DNA of 32,000 nt from an archaeon (GTDB lineage Archaea > Iainarchaeota > Iainarchaeia > Iainarchaeales > 1-14-0-10-31-34), in NCBI GenBank assembly GCA_024277355.1, contig JAJRVL010000011.1, positions 60,001 to 92,000 on the forward strand, written 5' to 3'. Of this stretch, positions 27,485 through 32,000 are shown in pieces. Each line of letters begins with the position of its first letter. Position 1 is the stretch's first letter. The notes below the pieces were generated by a model. The model ran no database searches. It was given only the letters and a program-made list of their open reading frames with translations, and was not told where the DNA came from. Made by a program: the position numbers and the translations under genes.

Positions 27485-27501
27485 AAGAAAAAAACAAATA
27501 A

Positions 27502-27918
27502 TTATTTTTTATAACTTAAGGATAACTGGCCAAAAACATCTTCTAAATTATTTAAAGTTTGAATTAAGTTTTTTGTAACGTAATGATTGAAAGATGCTTT
27601 GAGGTCATCTCGTTCAGCAAAAGGCGCAGGATTAAATAAATACGCCTGTTTTTTTCTAACTAATAAATCAAATTCTTTCATTCGGTTTAAATGATATCTT
27701 AAAAGTTTTTCAGAGATTTTTTTTGAATTCTTTTTTTTAATATAAGACTGGATGTTTGGAACAGTAGGAAGCGTTTTAGAAAAATTCAAATAAAATAATG
27801 CATCTAATACATCTAAAACAGTGGTTCTGGATTCTTTTTCTGAAAGCAAACCAAAAGACAAAGCAAACCACCTTAACATTGAACGTTTAGTTAATTTTAC
27901 ATTAGGGGGGAAATCCAT
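27502..27918 (-). CDS. Hypothetical protein, possibly HTH-containing
   Basis: Likely ATG at 27918 (MDFPPNVKLTKRSMLRWFALSFGLLSEKESRTTVLDVLDALFYL...). Confidence 0.55.
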   Translation of the reverse strand: MDFPPNVKLTKRSMLRWFALSFGLLSEKESRTTVLDVLDALFYLNFSKTLPTVPNIQSYIKKKNSKKISEKLLRYHLNRMKEFDLLVRKKQAYLFNPAPFAERDDLKASFNHYVTKNLIQTLNNLEDVFGQLSLSYKK

Positions 27919-28105
27919 TGATTTAATTATGAAAGTTTTTCTAACTAAACAGCTTTCAGGTAATTCAGACAATTTAACACCAAAACATTATTTCCTTTTC
28001 AAATAGATTATTCTCATTGATTTATTTAAGTTTTTTGGTTAAATTAAGCAAAAATTGAATAAACGTTTAAAATAAGTTAATGTCATATAATTTTACTGAT
28101 TCTAT

Positions 28106-28468
28106 ATGAGTATTTCAATTAATACAAGCTTTCTTCCATTCAAGCTTGACTTAAAAGAAAAAAAGCCTGTAAGAATGGATATTGAAGTAATAAACAGATA
28201 TGATAAACCAAAAAAAGTTATTTTAGAGTTATTAGCTTCAAGTCAGATTGGATTTAACAAGACAAGCGCAACAAAAGAAAAATATGAAATTGGATTGCTT
28301 GAACCAGGACAAAGCAAAAACATCAAAATAGATATTTTTCCTAAAAATTTTGCAATAAAAAGAGAAGAAGTAATTTCAATTACTGCAACAGAAATAACTA
28401 TTGAAGATTCAGGTTATAGTTTTCCTTCAAAAAAATTCAAGAAAAACGTCGGCTTAGAAATAAAATAA
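28106..28468 (+). CDS. Hypothetical beta-sandwich-like protein
   Basis: 120 aa; 'KKPVRMDIEVINRYDKPKKVILELLASS...YEIGLLEPGQSKNIKIDIFPK' resembles CARDB/Ig-like patterns. Confidence 0.5.
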   Translation: MSISINTSFLPFKLDLKEKKPVRMDIEVINRYDKPKKVILELLASSQIGFNKTSATKEKYEIGLLEPGQSKNIKIDIFPKNFAIKREEVISITATEITIEDSGYSFPSKKFKKNVGLEIK

Positions 28469-28469
28469 T

Positions 28470-28673
28470 TCACTTTTTTTTAGTTTTTTTTATTTCTTTT
28501 TTTTCTTCTTTTAGTTCTTCCTGAAATTCTTCTCGGTCTTCGTCATCTAAGCCTAATTGTTTAAGCATTTTATCATGGTCTTGCGGAGTAAGCTTGTCAT
28601 ACCATTCATTCCATATTTTATCTTCGGCTTTAGAAACGATTTTTCCTTCTATAGGTTTTTTTCGTTTAGGCAT
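28470..28673 (-). CDS. Small charged hypothetical protein
   Basis: 67-aa ORF, convergent with the preceding gene; highly acidic/basic composition. Confidence 0.45.
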   Translation of the reverse strand: MPKRKKPIEGKIVSKAEDKIWNEWYDKLTPQDHDKMLKQLGLDDEDREEFQEELKEEKKEIKKTKKK

Positions 28674-28768
28674 AAATAAAAAAATCCTTGAATAATATTT
28701 AAAATACTTTCCTATAAATCAAAAAATCAATAAAAGTATTTAAAGGAATTAACTCATTAATCAATAAA

Positions 28769-29377
28769 ATGAGCAAAATTATTTCAAATCCTGACAAAAA
28801 CCAGAATATAATTCTGATTGTTCCTGAAGAAAAATACCAGAATACAATTCAAGCATTACTAAAAGAACTGGTTTCAGCAAAAAAAACAATTGTTTTTATT
28901 TCAGTTAATAAAACAAAAAAAGCATTAGAAAAAGAATTAAAAGAAAATAAAATTTCAACAGAAAAAATTTATTTTGTTGACTGTGTAAGCAAAAGTATTT
29001 CAAAAGGAAAAATTTCATGGAGCGACGAAAAAAACCAATATGTCGATAACCCAACTTCTTTAACTCAAATAAGCCTTGCAGTATTTAAATTATTTGACCA
29101 GACAAAAATGGATTATTTAGTTTTAGATTCAATTAACACTTTGCTGATATATAATGAAGAAAAAGAAGTGTTGAAATTTGTACATCACACAACAGGCAAA
29201 CTAAAAGAAAACAACAAAACCGGTGTGTTTGTTTATTTAAAGGAAGAAATGAATCAAACTTTGCTGAAAAAGTTTTCTCAGTTTTCCGATAAAATAATTG
29301 AAGCAAATCCCCCTGAAAAAAAAGAATTTATTAGAAAAAAAGGTTCAATGAATTCATTTGAAGAAATAAAGCTTTAA
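28769..29377 (+). CDS. RecA/KaiC-like protein lacking Walker A
   Basis: 'MDYLVLDSINTLLIYNEEKEVLKFVHHTTGKLKENNKTGVFVYLKEE' aligns with the ORF at window start ('PKFMVFDSISTLLIYNDVSSVERFTHLIIGKLREWRMKGVLLMVKSEE'). Confidence 0.7.
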   Translation: MSKIISNPDKNQNIILIVPEEKYQNTIQALLKELVSAKKTIVFISVNKTKKALEKELKENKISTEKIYFVDCVSKSISKGKISWSDEKNQYVDNPTSLTQISLAVFKLFDQTKMDYLVLDSINTLLIYNEEKEVLKFVHHTTGKLKENNKTGVFVYLKEEMNQTLLKKFSQFSDKIIEANPPEKKEFIRKKGSMNSFEEIKL

Positions 29378-30700
29378 TCAAAAATTAAAATATTTTTTTA
29401 ACTCCCATTCAGAAACCTGAGTATTATATTCAAGACATTCAGCTTTTTTTGCTTTTATAAAGCTTTCAAAGATTTTTTCGCCTAAAACATTTTTAATTAA
29501 TTCATCTTTTTCTAATTCATTTAATGCTTCAGACAAAGAAGAAGGAAGTTTTTCAATTTTTAATTCACTCATTTTTTCTTCAGAAAAACCATAAACATCT
29601 TCTTCAACTGCATCAGGTGGAAAAAGATTTTTTTCTATTCCGTTTAATCCTGCTTCAAGCATTACAGCAAAAGCCAAATAAGGATTAGAAGAAGGGTCAG
29701 GGCAGCGTAATTCAATTCTTGCAGCTTTTTCTTTTTCCTTAAAAATTCTTGGAACACGGATTAAAGCAGAACGATTAGTTGTAGCCCAGCAGATGTTTAC
29801 TGGGGCTTCAAAACCAGAAACAAGTCTTTTATAAGAATTAATTGTTGGAGAAAGAACTGCGCTCATGGCTTTAATGTGTTTTAACTGCCCTGCAATAAAA
29901 TTCATTGCTAAATCTGAAAGATTATGCTTAAAAGAAAAATCACAAAAAAGATTTTTTCCATTTAAGTCAAATAAAGATTGATGAACATGCATTCCTGAAC
30001 CATTAATTCCAAAAACAGGTTTAGGCATAAAAGAAGCAAACAAATCAAAAGAAGACGCAACAGATTTTACAGTCTGCTTAAAAGTTATGGCTCTGTCAGC
30101 AGTAATTAAAGCATCTCCATATTCAAAATCAATTTCATGCTGGCCAAAAGCAACTTCATGATGAGAAGATTCAACTTTAACCCCTAACTCCAATAAAAAA
30201 GAAACAATTCTGCTTCTGACATTAGTTGCTAAATCTTTAGAAGAAAAATCAAAATAAGAACCAGTGTCATGAGGAACAGGCCTAATATCTCCGTTAGGCT
30301 TTTCAAACAAAAAAAATTCTAATTCAGGCCCTGTATTAAAAATAAATCCTTTTACTTTTGCTTTTTCAATTGTTTTTTTTAAAATAAATCTTGGGTCTCC
30401 TTCAAAAGGTTTCCCTTCAGGAGAAAAAACATCACAAATAAATCTTGCAGTTTTTTTATCCCAAGGCAAAACAGCATAAGTTGATGCATCAGGTTTAAGA
30501 TACATGTCTGACTCATGAATTCTGGCAAAACCTTCAATAGAAGAACCATCAAACCAAGTCCCTGTTTCTAAAGAATTCTTTAATTGAGCAGCAGGAAAAT
30601 AAACGCTTTTAATGTTTCCAATTATATCCGTGAACTGAAGAACAATTTCTTCTATTTTATCTTCTTTAACTTTATTTAAAATATTATCAAAATCAACCAT
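29378..30700 (-). CDS. glnA: Glutamine synthetase type I
   Basis: 'WFDGSSIEGFARIHESDMYLKPD', 'GPELEFFLFE', 'SSHHEVAFGQHEIDFEYGDAL', 'INGSGMHVHQSLF' and 'KRLVSGFEAPVNICWATTNRSALIRVP'. Confidence 0.97.
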   Translation of the reverse strand: MVDFDNILNKVKEDKIEEIVLQFTDIIGNIKSVYFPAAQLKNSLETGTWFDGSSIEGFARIHESDMYLKPDASTYAVLPWDKKTARFICDVFSPEGKPFEGDPRFILKKTIEKAKVKGFIFNTGPELEFFLFEKPNGDIRPVPHDTGSYFDFSSKDLATNVRSRIVSFLLELGVKVESSHHEVAFGQHEIDFEYGDALITADRAITFKQTVKSVASSFDLFASFMPKPVFGINGSGMHVHQSLFDLNGKNLFCDFSFKHNLSDLAMNFIAGQLKHIKAMSAVLSPTINSYKRLVSGFEAPVNICWATTNRSALIRVPRIFKEKEKAARIELRCPDPSSNPYLAFAVMLEAGLNGIEKNLFPPDAVEEDVYGFSEEKMSELKIEKLPSSLSEALNELEKDELIKNVLGEKIFESFIKAKKAECLEYNTQVSEWELKKYFNF

Positions 30701-30721
30701 AAAAAAAGACAATTTTGTTTA

Positions 30722-30729
30722 TTTATATA
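30722..30729 (-). promoter_or_regulatory. TATA box of glnA
   Basis: TTTATATA (minus-strand TATATAAA) about 22 nt upstream of ATG 30700. Confidence 0.6.
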
Positions 30730-30787
30730 GCTTTGCGGAAAAAAAGTAAACAAAAATTTAGGAAATAAGGAAAATAATAAAAACTTG

Positions 30788-30793
30788 TTTATA
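30788..30793 (+). promoter_or_regulatory. TATA box of the Lrp-family gene
   Basis: TTTATA about 20 nt upstream of ATG 30808, consistent with a short or absent leader. Confidence 0.5.
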
Positions 30794-30807
30794 CTTTAAT
30801 TGATTTT

Positions 30808-31257
30808 ATGAATAAAAGTAAAAAAACGTTTAGCGAAAATTCAAGTAAAAGAGTTCTTAATGCATTAATTGAGAACTCAAGAATGTCATCAAGAGAAATC
30901 GCAAAAAAAGTCAATTTAAGCACTGCCACAGTAATAAAAAAAATAAACGAAATGAAGAAAAAAGGAATTATTAAAGGCTTTACTGCAAAAGTTGATTTTG
31001 AGAAATTAGGCTATGATTTTCCTGCTTTAATTGAAATAAGAGTTTCAAAAGGAAAATTGACTGAAGTCGAAAACAAAATAGCAAAAGACAAAAATGTAAA
31101 AGCAGTTTATGACATTACAGGGCAATTTGATGCTGCAATTTTAGCTGATTTTAAAAAAAGAAAAGAACTAAATGATTTTCTTAAAAAACTGCAAAAAATT
31201 GAATTTGTTGAACGAACTGAAGCAAAATTAATTCTGAATAAAGTAAAAGAAGAATAG
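30808..31257 (+). CDS. Lrp/AsnC-family transcriptional regulator
   Basis: 'SSKRVLNALIENSRMSSREIAKKVNLSTATVIKKINEMKKKGIIKGFTAKVDFEKLGYDFPALIEIRVSKG' plus ligand-binding domain 'VKAVYDITGQFDAAILADFKKRKELNDFL'. Confidence 0.93.
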   Translation: MNKSKKTFSENSSKRVLNALIENSRMSSREIAKKVNLSTATVIKKINEMKKKGIIKGFTAKVDFEKLGYDFPALIEIRVSKGKLTEVENKIAKDKNVKAVYDITGQFDAAILADFKKRKELNDFLKKLQKIEFVERTEAKLILNKVKEE

Positions 31258-31307
31258 TTTTATACATAACGAAAGGTTTTTATTAAAACAAATTTATTAT
31301 TTGTTTG

Positions 31308-32000
31308 ATGACTAGAAGAAGACACTTTAAAAGAAGCCCTGCAGGCGCTTTTGGAAAAAAACCTACTCATGGAACAGAGCTTTCTGTTGACAGGAAAATA
31401 GGCGGAGCTATAGGAAAACTAATTAAACAAAGAAAACAAGAACAAAGAAAACAAGATAAAAGAATGGCACAATTAAAAAAAATTTCAAAAACAAAACTTA
31501 CTCTTGCAGAAGAACTTGAGTTAATTAAACTAAATTTAATTAAATACCAAAAATTATTAGGAGATACTTCAAAAGGAGTAGTTACATTAAACCTTGCAGG
31601 AATAGGAAAAAAAAGGAATCTTTCTGAAAAACAACTAAAACAAATTTCAAAACTGCTTTATGAAGGAAATATTGAAGAAATAAGAAATTACAAGATAGAA
31701 ACTTTAACAGAAAAAAAAAGCACTCAACTAAAAACAATAATAAAAAAATATCCTGCAAAATTAATCCCTAAACCTAAATCTTTTACTCATTTGCCTTCAG
31801 GAAACATGCTTGCAAGAATTTCAGTTGAATTAAAAATAATTAAACCAAGAAAACAAGTACAGCAAGTAAATAAATATGGCTCCAGAATAGGAAAACCAAA
31901 GCAAATAACAGAAGAAATTGAAACTACTAGCACAGAATTATTAGTTGAATATAATTTGAATAGTCTGCCTTCAAGAAAAAAGAAAGGAAACTTAAGAATT
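31308..32000 (+). CDS. Basic hypothetical protein, truncated by window end
   Basis: My translation from ATG 31308 stays open to base 32000: MTRRRHFKRSPAGAFGKKPTHGTELSVDRKIGGAIGKLIKQRKQEQRKQ... Absent from the track because it lacks a stop. Confidence 0.6.
   Translation, partial: MTRRRHFKRSPAGAFGKKPTHGTELSVDRKIGGAIGKLIKQRKQEQRKQDKRMAQLKKISKTKLTLAEELELIKLNLIKYQKLLGDTSKGVVTLNLAGIGKKRNLSEKQLKQISKLLYEGNIEEIRNYKIETLTEKKSTQLKTIIKKYPAKLIPKPKSFTHLPSGNMLARISVELKIIKPRKQVQQVNKYGSRIGKPKQITEEIETTSTELLVEYNLNSLPSRKKKGNLRI

Noticed and set aside
1-32000. CRISPR array, transposon/IS element, tRNA or rRNA
   Set aside because: No regularly spaced identical repeats, transposase motifs, terminal inverted repeats or tRNA-like cloverleaf/TPsiC (GTTCRANNC) sequences recognised by eye; tRNAscan-SE/Infernal would be needed to be definitive.

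Overview
AT-rich, lysine-codon-rich 32 kb window that reads as archaeal, probably DPANN-type. The archaeal indications are a DtdA-type D-aminoacyl-tRNA deacylase, a glutamine synthetase/Lrp divergent pair with TATA-like promoters about 20 nt upstream of the starts, Walker-A-less RecA/KaiC-like proteins and a RecJ-like DHH phosphoesterase. There are two coherent metabolic blocks. (1) A polyglucose/glycogen block at ~6.8-16.9 kb: GDE-type debranching enzyme, phosphohexomutase, GalT, GT3 (eukaryotic-type) glycogen synthase, GH57, GT4 and PfkB kinase, with PPDK downstream. (2) A bacterial-type MEP (non-mevalonate) isoprenoid block at ~20.9-26.2 kb: dxr, ispD, a Tat/lipobox-type protein of unknown function, ispF and dxs. 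This is striking because archaea normally use mevalonate. The dxr ORF is interrupted by one in-frame TGA, and the conserved C-terminal domain resumes in the same frame immediately after it. Two other genes show apparent frame breaks at A8 homopolymers. The first and last genes run off the window. No tRNA, rRNA, CRISPR array or transposase was found by eye. Functional assignments come from motif recognition only; no database search was run.
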